Below are positions 12,821 to 25,685 of a stretch of 64,000 nt of DNA, piece by piece. Both the position numbers and the translations under genes were made by a program. Source of the stretch: Pseudogymnoascus verrucosus (Eukaryota); assembly GCA_001662655.1 (NCBI GenBank), contig KV460234.1. The stretch is one strand, 5' to 3'. Positions within the stretch are counted from its first letter, which is position 1. The number at the start of each line of letters is the position of its first letter. The notes beneath the pieces are model-generated. The model had not been told where the DNA came from. It searched no databases and saw only the letters and a program-made list of their open reading frames with translations.

Positions 12821-15800
12821 TCAGACATCCCCAGAAACCCTTGATTCCTTGGCGACATTCATGAATACTTCCTCGAGCGTAGGTCCCGTAATCGTATAAT
12901 CGCTCAACAGCTTCCTACTACTCTGGTTATATTCTGTAGAACTGCCCTCGCCCACATGGGTTCTTGTTGCCTGTTCCTGATCTTCTACAACATTACCCTT
13001 TAAACCCTCCATGATCCTCATGATACTTCCTAGCGCCGACCTGTCATGAGGGAGATTAAATCTAATCTGTCCACAGCTCTCTATAAAGTTAGAAACCATG
13101 CCATCAAAGCTCTTCTTGATGGTCTCTTCCACCTCTGCAACGTCGGTGCCTTGCTCACGCATGGCCCGGATACTATATGCGCCTCCGTGGGATTCCTGGA
13201 GCGAGGCAAGCGTTCCTGTTGCAAGCATCCTGGTCCCCATGATTGCTACATTTGTTGCCAGCGCTTCGGCCTCTTCCATGCTGTGGGTGGTGAGAAGGAT
13301 GGCGCGATTGTTAGAGATTTCCTGGAGCGCTTTCCAGAGAATTCGCTTTGCGCCTGCGTCTTGACCGGTCGATGGTTCGTCGAGTAGGAGGACTCGTGGA
13401 TTACCAAGTAGTGCAATGGCAACTGATAACTTTCTTCTCGTGCCACCGCTCAGTGCCGTGACCGTCGTTGTTTCAAAAGAGCTAATATTAAGCGCACTGA
13501 GAACCTTTTCAACATTTCCGCTAACGTCCTTGAGACCCTTGACAGTAGCGTAAAAATTGAGTGTTTGCCTTACAGTCAAATTGTCAACGGCATCATCTTG
13601 GGGACAGACTCCAATTTGCCTGCGGGCTTTGTGTGGGTTTCGAAGAACGGATACGCCATCTATGTAGATGTCACCGAAGCTTGGTCTGAGTTCACCACGA
13701 ATCATGTTGATAACTGTTGTCTTGCCAGCACCATTTCCTCCTAAGAGTGCAAGTGTCTCATTTGACGATATATTGAAAGAGGCGTTCTCAACTGCGGAAA
13801 TCTTGCCGAAGAATTTGCTGACGCGAGACACATTGAGGAGCTCTGGTGACGCTGCTGTGGCTACCCTGCCATTCTTTTCAACCTCAGATGGTGCAGTTAC
13901 CGGTCCATCGCCAGAGTCGACAATGTAGTGAAGACGGGAAGGCTTAACTTTGCGGCGAAGCCAATCCGCACTTCCATATTCATATATTCCTATGGTTGTA
14001 ATAAGGAAGAGAATCTGGATAATAAGGTTGACGTAAGGGCTGCCGTAACGCTCATATGATCCCGGGCTAGAAGACCCTTCTTGGTCTCCATATTTGCCAC
14101 ACAAGATCTCGAAGGTGTTTGATGCAATCCACAGTGCTCGTGCAAGATTGGCAGCTGGAGACGATAATCCAAGCCCGTACTGCAAGGCAGAGTATGTTTC
14201 ATGCATTGTCCAACGATTGCCTGCTGCCTGATTGACAATGTACCCAACAAAATAGATAACGAACAGGAATATGTGTATCCCTGCTGCAACAGCGAAAGCT
14301 GCCTTCTTGACAAAGAGTGAGATAAGGTATGACCCTAAATAGGTGGCAATACCGAACAGTATAAAGATCCCAAAAATATATCCAGATTCAAAGTAGAGTT
14401 TAGATAGTGGTCCGGCGAAGAGCAATCCCCAAGCAAAGACCGACTGGACGAAGATAAATTGGGCATCAAAAAGAAGGTAGCCAAGCCACAGAGCAGCAGG
14501 AGAAACTCCATTACCATAATGCAAGGCCCGGACGTTGTTGACTCTCTCATACACGGGATAAATCGCCTATTAATAGTTAGTCTTGCCTTCTGAAATAAAT
14601 TATCAGATTATGATGTGTCTGGGTTAGGGAATTGACTTCAATTTGGCAGTATGAAAGGTGGTTCTGGCAACTTACTGATATACTAGTCGCGCAAATAAAT
14701 GCTAGAATAATCAGAGCCGAAATTGGGAGGCTTAAGGAATTAACCTTATTGCTAGGCGAGCGCATATTCCGAAGGCTGGCAGTTATGTCTCTTGCCGTTC
14801 CGGCTGAGGTGGATGAGTTCGAAATTCTATTTGTGATGAGATTGAAAATTTCCGAATACTGTTTGAGTGAATAAATCGACCCTTCACTCAAATAGAGAAG
14901 TGTGGCCGTCTCGGGTGTTGGTGAGTATATGCCGAACCCAGAGTAAGAATGCCCAGAATAGTTCGTGATCTGCGTCACGATGTCATCTAGGCCAACAAAT
15001 AATTGTCGGGATGAGGAAATCAAATCATTGATCTCAGTGTCATTAAGCCTCCCCTCTTGATATTGTCCATCAACATATGAGCCCTGAATCTGAGAAGAAC
15101 CTTGGACAACGAGTGGGCCGATGACAGACTTGTAAAGTTCATCTTGAGTAGACCCTGACCAAGCAGTTGGAGGCGCCAGCAACGCCACAGCTTGGCCAGA
15201 ATATGAATAGAGAGCTGTCAAAATAGGTGGACGTAATACAGGGTAATAAACGTCGTACTCGTTGTCCTTAATGTGTATACCGTCTGGATTTCTGAACATG
15301 TCGCGGCTCTCCTGACATGTTTGAAGCGGTTCAAAATCGTAGTGAAACTTCGCCAAAGCTGCTGTAATTATGATCACTATGATCAAATTGATCCCATAGC
15401 TGATCCAACCTGCCTTCTGCTGTAGTAGTGTGTACCGTTTCATAAACAGAGCTTGGACTTGACGTACGAACCCGATAGTTTGGGCCACCTCTAGGTTAAT
15501 ATCGATTGCCTCCCTATTCTCAAGGGCATATATCTTCTCACCAATCACCGTGCTTGTTTCTTCGTCGCCCACAAAGCCATCACCGCCATGGGAATGAATA
15601 GCTGTATCCGAAGTGACTTTGAGGAATACTTGCTCAAGAGTCGGAAAGACTACATCATATGTATTGTCGTTGTCCATACCCTCTAGTTCGAGGAGTTTTG
15701 TGGTGGACTCCGCCGAATTAGACATTTGGTATACCATGCTGTTGTCATCTGAGGCATTGGAGCTTCGAATCACGTAGCCATTACCAAAGGAAGCTTTCAA

Positions 15801-18164
15801 AGAAGTCGCAGGGCCTTCACAGACTAACTTGCCCTTGTAAATTATTGCGATATGGTCTGCTAATATATCCGCCTAATAGAGTTTAGCAATTTGAGTGGGT
15901 TTAATTGCGACTAACATACCTCATCGAGAAAGTGGGTTGTTACAATCACAGTGCGCCGGGAATGACCTTTTTGGATAATATTCCAAATATTTCGCCGAGA
16001 CAATGGGTCCTATGAAGTGTTAGTTAATCGGGGGGTAGAAAGGGAGTTAAGACATACTAAGCCGCTCGAAGCTTCATCAATACAGCAAACTTTCGAACCA
16101 CCGACGAAAGAGATAGCAAGCTGTAGTTTGCGCATTTGGCCCCCACTGAGAGTCCTAGCAGGTGCATTAACCTTCTCCAATAGGTCACACTCAGCAACCA
16201 CGTCATCATCGTCTGCAGCAGTATCCTCGTCGGCAGCTGTCTTTAGTTTTCTCCATATCTTAATATGTTGCTGGACTGTGAGACCTTGCCAAAAAACGTT
16301 GGCTTGTGGGCAAACACCAAAGCTGACACCAGCCTCATTGAGTTCTAGTTGGGAGCCTGTGTCCATCGACACCATACCTGCGATACATTTAAGAGTCGTA
16401 GTTTTTCCACCACCATTAGGACCTAGAAGGAATGTCACGGATCCCTTTCTCACTTCTAGGTCAAACTTGTCAACAGCAACTACTGTCTTCCCTTTCCTGG
16501 AGAAAGGCCAGTACCAGCGCCGCTTCCCAAGGTAGGTCTTTGAAAGCTTCGTGCAACGTACAGCAACATCAGAACTAGCTTCGATGCGTTCGAAGTTTCT
16601 AGTAACACCCCAAAGATTTCTCTCGACGAGATAGGTGCCAAACGAAAAGGCGACGATCTGCACAATAAAGAACACAATGTAGAGGTAGCCGTCGAGATAT
16701 TGAACTTTTTTGGTGAGATTTTCTGGGTCCTTGGGCATCCTATTGAGAGAGAATGCCCTAAGACCTGCCTCGCGAAGTGCCACGTCCTCAATTAGAGTAG
16801 CCCATGTAGCAGGAGGAAATAAGAGTGCGAGTGCCGTAATCTGCGCCGTTGGTTCTCTGACCGTCAACGTTGCTGCTAAGGTGATTAGGGCAAGTGCAAA
16901 AGATAATGTAGACGAGTACAGGCCAGCGAGATTGGCTTTGCCGAAAAAGGAGCCGAGGAAGTGAGATCCCATGATTAAGGATACTCCGGCGAGTAAACTA
17001 AGGAATATCATGAGAATATCTGAGGTTCTAGTGAACTAAAATATTTATTATTAGTATGTGTAGTCACGAGGATATGAATATACGGAGAGTTTTGTCAGAG
17101 AATATGCATACCAGTACTTGTGTCATGATTATTGAACTCAACAAAAAACCAGGAAAGTACAAGCTGAAGAATGATAAGAACGTTGATAAGATCCTTGGTG
17201 CTATGCTGACTCCTTGTGCTGCCATTAACTCAGCCATTGATGTCTCTCGCTCAATTGCAACAAATGTTGCTAGGTGATAAACAACTCCAATGAGTATGAG
17301 GAAAAAGAGAGGAGCCGCAAAACTCGCAACTATTGCGAGCCAAAATGCGGACTCTTCCGAATTGTTGCTGCTATCAACACCGAAAGTACTCGATCCAAAG
17401 TCGTATTTATTAGGGCCAAAGTATCCCGCCCATGCCTGAGTCGATGGTTTTGCTACCAAGGGGTACTCTCCCTAATAGAGTTCCGAGTCAGCACTATTCT
17501 AGCAACAATTGTCTGATAGAGAACCCATAGTTTCCATGGTAGATCTGTTAATGAATGTACCGGAGAATGCACTTACAATCACAGAGCTGAGCGCCCACTG
17601 AAGTGGAAGTACTCGGTTGGTAAGAGTATTTTCACCGTTTCGCCAATTCATAAAACCCCATTCCTGGCCAAAGGACGCATCGAGAACGATGCTATATTCG
17701 ACATTCGTTTCATTAAAAACAGAAAAGATCACCCCTCCATAGCATTCGCTCTGACCTTTGAGGGTTTGCTTGCAAGCATCGTAGAGACTATTGCCGTCAT
17801 TAATGATCTCAATATTCATATTTTGCATGCCAGGTAGTGCCAATATCCCGTTCAAAACAGGCTCGACATCCTCGCTGGTGGTGCCATTCAGTACAAAGAC
17901 TAGCTTTTGTTTGGAGACACCATTCATCGCATCTGCGAGATCTTTGATGGGGGTTGAGCTGGTGGCGATTCCATAGTCCTCAGCCGACGAGGCAATTCTC
18001 TTGAGGTATTTCAAGTAACAGAGAACGAGGGTGATAATGAGCGGGAAGATCAAGGACCTAATAACCGTTGAGGTTGGCGAGGTGTAAAAGATAAGAAAAT
18101 TCTTCTGGACAAGAGCAATGGTTTGACAGGATATCCTCCGCCATTGAATTGGTTGGCGCGCCAT
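12821..18164 (-). CDS. Full-size ABC-A family transporter, multi-exon
   Basis: Two NBDs (GPNGGGKTT..LSGGQMRKL..IDE and GGNGAGKTT..LSGGTRRKL..LDEPSTG), each preceded by a TM domain with a large ectodomain. GVCPQ motifs; start MARQPIQW at 18164. Confidence 0.93.
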
Positions 18165-18467
18165 GGTGAAGTGAATAGCTTTCGACTGGGGAAAATATGG
18201 AGGCTTTAGCCCCTGAAAAATGCCAAGAACCCTCGGTGGAAAGAGCGTGTCGGGCTTTGTTTTGTCAGGATCAAGGTGACTGATTGGAAAATGGTGATAC
18301 AATAGCGATTGGCCTACTCCATCAAGACCTATTTCACAAACAAAACACTTTGAAAGTATAACTTTTGAAAACGAGAAACCTCAGTTCGAATTGGGATTCA
18401 CGTTCTTCTAAGTGTCTACGGTCTCTTGAATTCGGGTATGGGTAGTGTCTACAATCGCTTACATTAC

Positions 18468-18728
18468 AGACAAAAAATGGTTGCCTATTTCTCCTGTTGG
18501 AGATAGAAGCTGCATGAAGTTAAGATTGCCATGTTGTTCAACCAGTGGTGCAGGCAAAAGTGGAGCGCCCACACTTTGACAGGTCAAAGCTAGTCTGTAT
18601 TTTACAACACATGCAAATATAGGTGTTGCAGGCGGTTACAGTATAGACAAAAAATGGATGCCTAATTCTGCTGTTAGAGATAGAAGCTCCATGAAGTTAG
18701 ATTGCCATGTAAATATAGGTGTTGTAGG
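18468..18728. repeat. Imperfect direct repeats upstream of the ABC-A gene
   Basis: 18468-18534 vs 18645-18710 (~66 bp, 5 substitutions and 1 indel). An 18-bp repeat also occurs at 18615-18632 and 18711-18728. Confidence 0.85.
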
Positions 18729-19199
18729 ATTCCAATGCACGGACCACCTACAGTCGTTCCCTTGTAAGAAACACCACAGCTTTTCGATACATATTGCGAG
18801 TATCCACATTACAGGCTGTCATTCAAGCCCCTTCCGTCAGAACCTGCGACTGAAGGGGGATGCAGGGGTTCAGGCTAAGATCCATTTGCGCTCCTACGAG
18901 GCCCACGCCCTTCAGCCCGACTTCTGGATACGAGGATCTGGAGCCAAAATCCTCTGAGAATCTCCGGGCCTCGTAATCACTCTCTTGGCACAACGGAACA
19001 GAAGCCCCTATTGAGCATGCGTTGTCACTTGCAGCTGAAAGAAGGAGGCTGCATGTGCCCCCTGTGCTTTCCATCTTCCCGTGAACTACGATCCGATTCC
19101 CGAGACGGACCCAAGAGGAAACCACTAGCTGATTCCAGACTAGAGCTCTTTGTACACGCGATGAGCTTTGGACCCTAGCTATGCCACCATCATGAAGCA

Positions 19200-19600
19200 T
19201 TATCGTTGTTTTTATTTTACCGTAGTGGGTAGGAGATGTGCATTGCCACTAGGAGCTTTAATGGTAGAGTTAAACTACCCTTTAGCTACTCTCCTATGAG
19301 GTTTAGGGACGTATTAAATATAGCTAATAAAAGTAATTAAAGAATCTACTACTCTAGATTATTACTATATGGAATCCAAAGGTTATATATATAATCTAGC
19401 CTTTACCTTTTCAATGTCAAAGAGTTGCTATTATTTACTGGAATAGTAGGTAGTAAGTAATAGCAGCTTATAAAGTATGTTAATTATGTCTTTATATTCG
19501 TATATCTATAATCTTTCCTTACGCCATCTTATGCCATACCTACACCACTAGTTGACTTTTTACCCTTTGGCTGTTAATTTGTTACATTTTTCCCTTATTC
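19200..19600. other. AT-rich, TpA-rich degenerate segment (probable RIP-mutated repeat relic)
   Basis: Abundant TA/TAG/CTA, few CA/TG dinucleotides and no credible ORF, judged by eye. Confidence 0.45.
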
Positions 19601-19620
19601 TTAACCTACCTAACAACTAT

Positions 19621-21391
19621 CTAATACTTCGTCGTCACAGCCTCTGCACACTCCCTCTCTACAAGCGCTGCATGCGCCGCGCTTCGCGGCGTAACCTTTA
19701 CGTGGAATGGCGCGGTGTTGTGTGTGATTTGCGGTATGGTCATCGTGTCGATCTTGTGATTCTACTTTCGCCATTAGAAGACGGCACATCAAGAAGAGTG
19801 GGAGTGGATACTTACTGGGTCCTCCGTAAAGTCAAAGCAGTACAGCAGTCGCGCAATCGCAATCCACACGTTCATCTCCCCGACTTTCCAGCCCACGCAC
19901 ACTCTCCTGCCCGGCCCAAACGCCCAATGGCCCTTGAGAGGATTGTTCAAGTCCGCGTTTAGGAAGCGCTCCGGCCAGAACCGCTCCGCCTGCGGGTACT
20001 CCTTGTCACTTAGCGCGATCGCCCACGCGTTCCAGGTAAACACCGTCCCCTTCGGGAATTTATAGCCCTCATACTCGTCGTCCTGAATCAAGCTTGTCGG
20101 CGCGCCAATCTCGGCAGTATTCGGGCGCCAGCGGAAGCCCTCCTTCACGACCGCCGCAATGTACGGTAACTTGTCGCGGTCCTCCCACCCGGGCAAGCGC
20201 TCCGCGTTGTGGCCGCAGACGGCGTCGAGCTCGGCGCGAGCGCGGGCAACCCAATCAGGGTATGTGGCGGCGCCAGCGATGATCTGGCCGATGGAGACGC
20301 GCGATGTATCGGAGCCGGCCTCCATGAGCGTGCCAAGACAGAAGAGGTTTTGTGTCTCGGTGAAGTTTTCCTTTTGGGAGATCTTGAGGAATTCCATCGC
20401 AAAGCAATCCTTCTGGGTACCGTTGGCGGTGTTGCGGATGACCCTGTCAAGAGCGCGGCGGTAGACGCTAGGTTGAATGTCAACGTTAATGCATACATAC
20501 GGGCTTGATTTTAAAAGAGAGTGAAGGGGAGGCTTGGGGAGTTGTAGGGTGGGGAAGAACTTACTCAGTGGTCTTCTTAAATATCCGCTCACCTTTCGGC
20601 CGCCACCACTGTAGTCTATCCGGAATAATCTTCGCCAACCCTGGGAACCCATCTACAATATTCGCGCCTGGTTGCTGATTCTCTAAAAATAGCTCTATCG
20701 TCTCGAACAGCTCTACCACATCCGGATTATCTAAGTCAGACCTCGTCCCGAAAACCACGGACATAATCACACTATTCGCATACCGCCCGTTTGCAGAAAA
20801 CCACTTATCAGCGTTGTGCAGATAATCCCAGCAGAGGTGGCGAGACTCAAGATCTTGATACGGCTTGTAGACCTCCTCCTGACGGGACGAGAGAATTTGA
20901 TGCATGATCTTGCGGAGCCGGCGCCAGTCATTGTTGTATGGCATGAGCACGATGCGTCCGCCGCCGGACATGATGTCCTGCGTCATGGGGAAAGGTGGGC
21001 GGGAGCAGTAGATGGCGGCGCGGCGCTCCATGAGGTCCGTGACGACGCGCGAGGAGTTAAGGAAGACCCAGGTAGAGCCGCCGATCTTGAGTGTGAACCT
21101 GCCGACCTGTTACTACATTGTCACTCGCGCCTGGAACGATATTTCGGGAGTGGTTGGGATAGGCAAAACTCACATCTCACCGTACTTCTCCGCCAAATCC
21201 TTTGCCCATGGGCCCTGCTGCGTTGGCGGCACTTGGAATGTATTCCCGACTACTGGCAGGCCGCCTGGTATCAGCGGCGGTAGCTTGTACTTCGACATGC
21301 GGATCTTGTCGCGGATTACATATTGCACCAGATACAGCACAGCCGCGGCCACCGCAGAATAGATGTAGAGTGCGATATTTGCCATTGCCAT
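19621..21391 (-). CDS. Cytochrome P450 (OrdA/CYP64-clan-like), 4 exons
   Basis: LPPLIPGGLPVVGN, EAGSDTS I-helix, KEGFRWRP, PERF and heme motif FGPGRRVCVG. The last exon ends TTKY-TAG at 19621. Confidence 0.92.
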
Positions 21392-21664
21392 TGTCGTTGT
21401 CGTTGTCCAAGGAGTAGGACGACGACGACGTATGATAATATATTAAAGAGGGAGAGGGAGGAGTGATGAACGCGAGACGGAGGACGACGGACGTGGCAAA
21501 TATGTTTTTATCTACCATTAGGTCCTTGCTCGCCTCATTTTTCGCTCTTTACGCCAGGAGGGCTAAGAGCTACTATTGTATCTGCTGTGCTTAGTACTGC
21601 TGTCCTCCCTTACTCCTTCCAACCTCAAAATAATTACCCCACCTTACCCTAAGTAAAATGTGGA

Positions 21665-21726
21665 GTACCTGTCGACCCCACACCACGTATAGGTATAGGT
21701 ATACGTAGTGTGGGGTCGACATGTAC
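21665..21726. repeat. Near-perfect inverted repeat (27-bp arms, 8-nt loop)
   Basis: GTACCTGTCGACCCCACACCACGTATA-GGTATAGG-TATACGTAGTGTGGGGTCGACATGTAC, with 2 mismatches between arms. Confidence 0.9.
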
Positions 21727-21899
21727 CCGTACTCTGGGAAAGGCAGGCGGCTCTACTTCCACAGCAGTTTCTTTGTGTAGGGAAATGTTAGGGCGAGAGA
21801 GCAAACTACTCATCTTGTCTAATCATGTGAATTTGAGGTATGAGGATGAGTGTGGGGTACGTCGAATAAGGAAGTTTTAGCAACTTTGGTTCTCTGATT

Positions 21900-22250
21900 C
21901 TAGCACTGCTAAAACTCTGAGACCAAAATGATTAGATATAATAGGGATTAAAGGGGCGAAAAAGTCTTAATTAAGAAATAAAATAATAGACATAGTAAAA
22001 TATAATGTAAATAGGAGAGAAAAGAGATTGAAAGGGAGTTCATATACTTAGCTCCAGATGAGCATAGTAATGTCCCTAGTATGGTATGCATAGCAAGGCC
22101 ACTACAAACTACCTAAGTATGCATCTAAAGAAGGAAAAATATACTGTTAGACTTACATTCTAGGCTAAGGAAACCGTTTCGTGAATCTAGGAAAATGGGA
22201 AAGGGGAAACGATATAAAACGCATAAAGTAAGTTAAGAGCCGGAAAATAG
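21900..22250. other. AT-rich degenerate segment between the accessory block and MET14
   Basis: A/TA-rich non-coding sequence resembling a RIP relic. Confidence 0.4.
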
Positions 22251-22763
22251 TTTCTGGTTGTCCGGAAGCTAACAACAACAGGAATGTTGATCTCGTTTCT
22301 TAGGCATGAATCGTGGTGAGCGGGAAAACAACCCTCCGATTTTGGGAACCGAAATCACGAAAACTACAAACAGCATCCAGGAAATACGAACTCGGATGCA
22401 CCAAGATTGTGAATCGTCCAAATGATCGTTAGATCATCAACGATATTAATTGTTTAGGGGGAATATGAAATGGTTGATTGTTATCAAGTCATTTTTTAAA
22501 AAAATGAATCTTTTTGTTCGGCGAGATGAGTTATAGAGTGGGCCCCTGATAAGGCGTCATCGCCCGCTAAAAGGTACAGGAACCAAACTCCGAAAACCGC
22601 TGTTTGCTTTTTCTTGAAACCCGCGCGGCCACCGACATTGAAACAGATCTTCCTTCTTAATATCAATTTACTTAAAAGGAGTTTCGCATCGCCAGGCCCT
22701 TCACCCATCAACTCCGACCCCAAAACCCCAATCATCCCGCCCAAAAGCCCTCACCTTGAAAAA

Positions 22764-23572
22764 ATGGCAACGTATGCACCACACCCCTCCCTCCCCTACC
22801 CCGCCACTCGACCCCGCCAACAAGGCTCCGCAAACAAAAACCACAACTGACATCCTCAACAGCAACATCACCTGGCACGAGTCCCTCCGCCGCAGCGAGC
22901 GTGAGACGCTCCGCGGACAGCGCGGATACACGATCTGGTTCACTGGTCTCTCTGCGTCCGGAAAGTCTACCATTGCGACGGCGCTCGAGCAGCACCTTTT
23001 GCACCTTGGTGTGGGCGCGTACCGTCTGGATGGCGACAATGTGCGCTTTGGGCTGAACAAGGATCTGGGCTTCTCGGAGGCGGACAGGAACGAGAACATT
23101 CGCAGAATTGCAGAGGTAAGAATGCCCGTTTGTTCATACGTGGGGGAAGGGAGGGGCGTATACGAGGGCACGTGGGCTAACTTGCCGTCTGTGTTTATAG
23201 GTCGCGAAGCTCTTCGCCGATGCCTCGACGGCGACTCTCACATCTTTCATCTCGCCCTACAAGGCCGACCGCAAGATCGCCCGCGACCTGCACGCCACCG
23301 TTGCGGATGGCGACGAGCCAATCCCCTTCATCGAGGTGTACGTCGACATCCCCATCGAGGTTGCCGAGCAGCGCGACCCCAAGGGCCTGTACAAGAAGGC
23401 ACGCGCGGGCATAATCAAGGACTTCACCGGTATCTCTGCGCCTTACGAGGCTCCAGAGGCGCCGGAGATCCACATCCGCTCTGACAAGGTCAGTGTCGAG
23501 GATGCGGTGGTGCAGATTGTGGAGTACCTGAAGTCGAAGAACCTGCTGCCGGCGGCTGCGCTGAAAAACTAG
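22764..23572 (+). CDS. MET14: Adenylylsulfate (APS) kinase, 3 exons
   Basis: MATNITWH after splicing, P-loop [35 protein letters not shown] and [11 protein letters not shown]. Confidence 0.97.
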
Positions 23573-23732
23573 GGGAGGGATGTAGGGAGATATTTATGAT
23601 TACGATGATGGATCTAGAAAGTAAAATATACTTTTTTTAGTGTTTCATTTTGGTGCCGCTGGCGCGTGATTCGTACAGTACAATGCTTGCTTTCGTGATC
23701 CCATCCAAAGGGGTATGGTGGTTGGTTTATAT

Positions 23733-25148
23733 CTATATGACCTCAAACTCGTAGCAGACGTATGCTGTGTACTCGTTGCCCTCGCCATGTCCACCCACGC
23801 CTAATGCACTCATTTCTGAGGACAGTGTTGAGTCGTCCTTGGTGACTCGTCCCTTCTTGTCCCTGCCGAATGCGTTGCCCCCTAGATACGAGTAGGTGGA
23901 ATCTAGATTCGTCCTTGCTTTCTTTGCCAGTTTTGGATTGGTCTGATAGACGTTAGTACCTGGATGGGGGGAATATAGAAGACATCTGCCAGTGGAGGAC
24001 GTACCTTGACTAGGGCCGAGACAAACTCAAGGGGCAATCCGTATCTCAGGACCGTCTCGACAAACACACGCAGACACAGCACATGAATCCAAATCATAAC
24101 ACTCTCACTCCACCCCATCCTCGCCAACCTCAACACCTCCCCCCACACCTTCCTCTCATCCTTACTAACCCTTTCAATCTCCTTCTTCTCCTCCTCGCGG
24201 CCGCCCTCAACATACTTGTAATCGCGCGGCGTCCAGCGCTGCTCGCGGCACTTTTGCACGAACTCAGCGGCGAACTTCTTGAATACCGTCACCGTGTACA
24301 GCGTCAGTTCTTCGTCTTGCGCTACCTCCACCGCCGATCGCGGAACCACCATCTGCGATATGGTCTCGTAGCTGCGCAGGAAGTCTTTCTTGGCTAGGTT
24401 TGGGACGACGATTAGGTGCGTCTCGAGGAATTCGGAGTCCTGGATCAGGAGCTTTGGGTCCACGACGGGCGTGAGCGATTTCGTAGCCAGGTTGCCGCTG
24501 TGCGAGATGTTAGCTGTTGTTGCAAAGACGATACTTTGTCGGGAAGTCTTACGTCTGCTTTCTTTGTAAAGTGGTGAGCGTTGTCTTGATAGAGTTGTAC
24601 TGCGTGTACTTGCTCTTCACATCATTGTCGACACTGAGCAGATCCTACACCAACCCGTCAGCCCTAGTGTCCACGCCATCAATCCAACTCACGTACCTTC
24701 TGCAACGAGTCAATCAACTCCCTCAACGGCTTATCCGAACGGTACTTCACCGTATTCCACGTAAAGTTCCCCAAATACTGATCCGCCGGCTCTGTCCCAA
24801 ATCAGTACAACCCCCCACCAACCCAACCACCACAGGGGGGAAATCCATACTATCATTCACCGTCTTCTGCTGCCCAATCTTCGCATCATCACCATCCAAA
24901 ATCGTCCTCAGCGTATCTCCCATCTTGGCCACGACGCCCTCGCAAGCGCTTTCCAGCTTCCCCAAATCATCCGCCTGCTGCACCAGCGCATCGAGCGTGC
25001 CGATCTTGAAGTGCGGGACCTTGAAGGGGGCGACGGCGCCGTTGTCGCCGACGGTGGAGCGGAGGGCGGAGAGGGCGTCGGCCTGGTCGTTGGATGGCGC
25101 GATCGAGGTTGGGAGGGAGAGGAGGAGGTATTTGGTTGTGTTCGCCAT
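23733..25148 (-). CDS. VMA5: V-type ATPase subunit C, multi-exon
   Basis: FKIGTLDALVQQADDLGKLE, SEFLETHLIVVP and LRVFVETVLRYGLP; ends YVCYEFEVI-TAG at 23733. Confidence 0.95.
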
Positions 25149-25685
25149 TTTGGCGGCCGCGGTGTGGGTGAGGGTATGGGTGACGGGTGGTAGCTCTCCA
25201 GCTGCTAGGGTTGGGGAGGGGAGGAGAGGAAGGAGTGGCCGCTGATGGGGGAGTGTCGTCGTGGGTTTGGAGCTGGGAGCTCTGAGTGAGCTCTGGCTTG
25301 GCTGGCTTTGATAGAGGCGATAACCGATTACGGGTGCCTCTAACCCAATTCGAGGAGTTTAAACCCCAAGGACCCTTGTCATCAATGGAGCCTATTTTGG
25401 CTTATATAAACATATAAATTCTATACGAAGTTTGCATCAGTTCTGATTATTCATGTTACAGTAATGGATCCATTAAAAGCTTATTTTCACTACAATTGAG
25501 GTTGTTAGACAAAGGTCTACCACCAGAACCCCGTCGAGGGTATCAAAACATGGTCACGGCTGCTCGAAGGCTACAACAAAGTGATACGAATGAACAGATA
25601 AGTTCAACATTATGGCTCGACATTATGCTATGCTAGATGCTCATTACTACGATGCCCTCAACCCTCATCTCACTACTGCCCACAA

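Noticed and set aside
18658..19200. Short ORFs between the ABC-A gene and the second P450
   Set aside because: No recognisable motif in the frames examined; possibly a decayed fragment, but not supportable.
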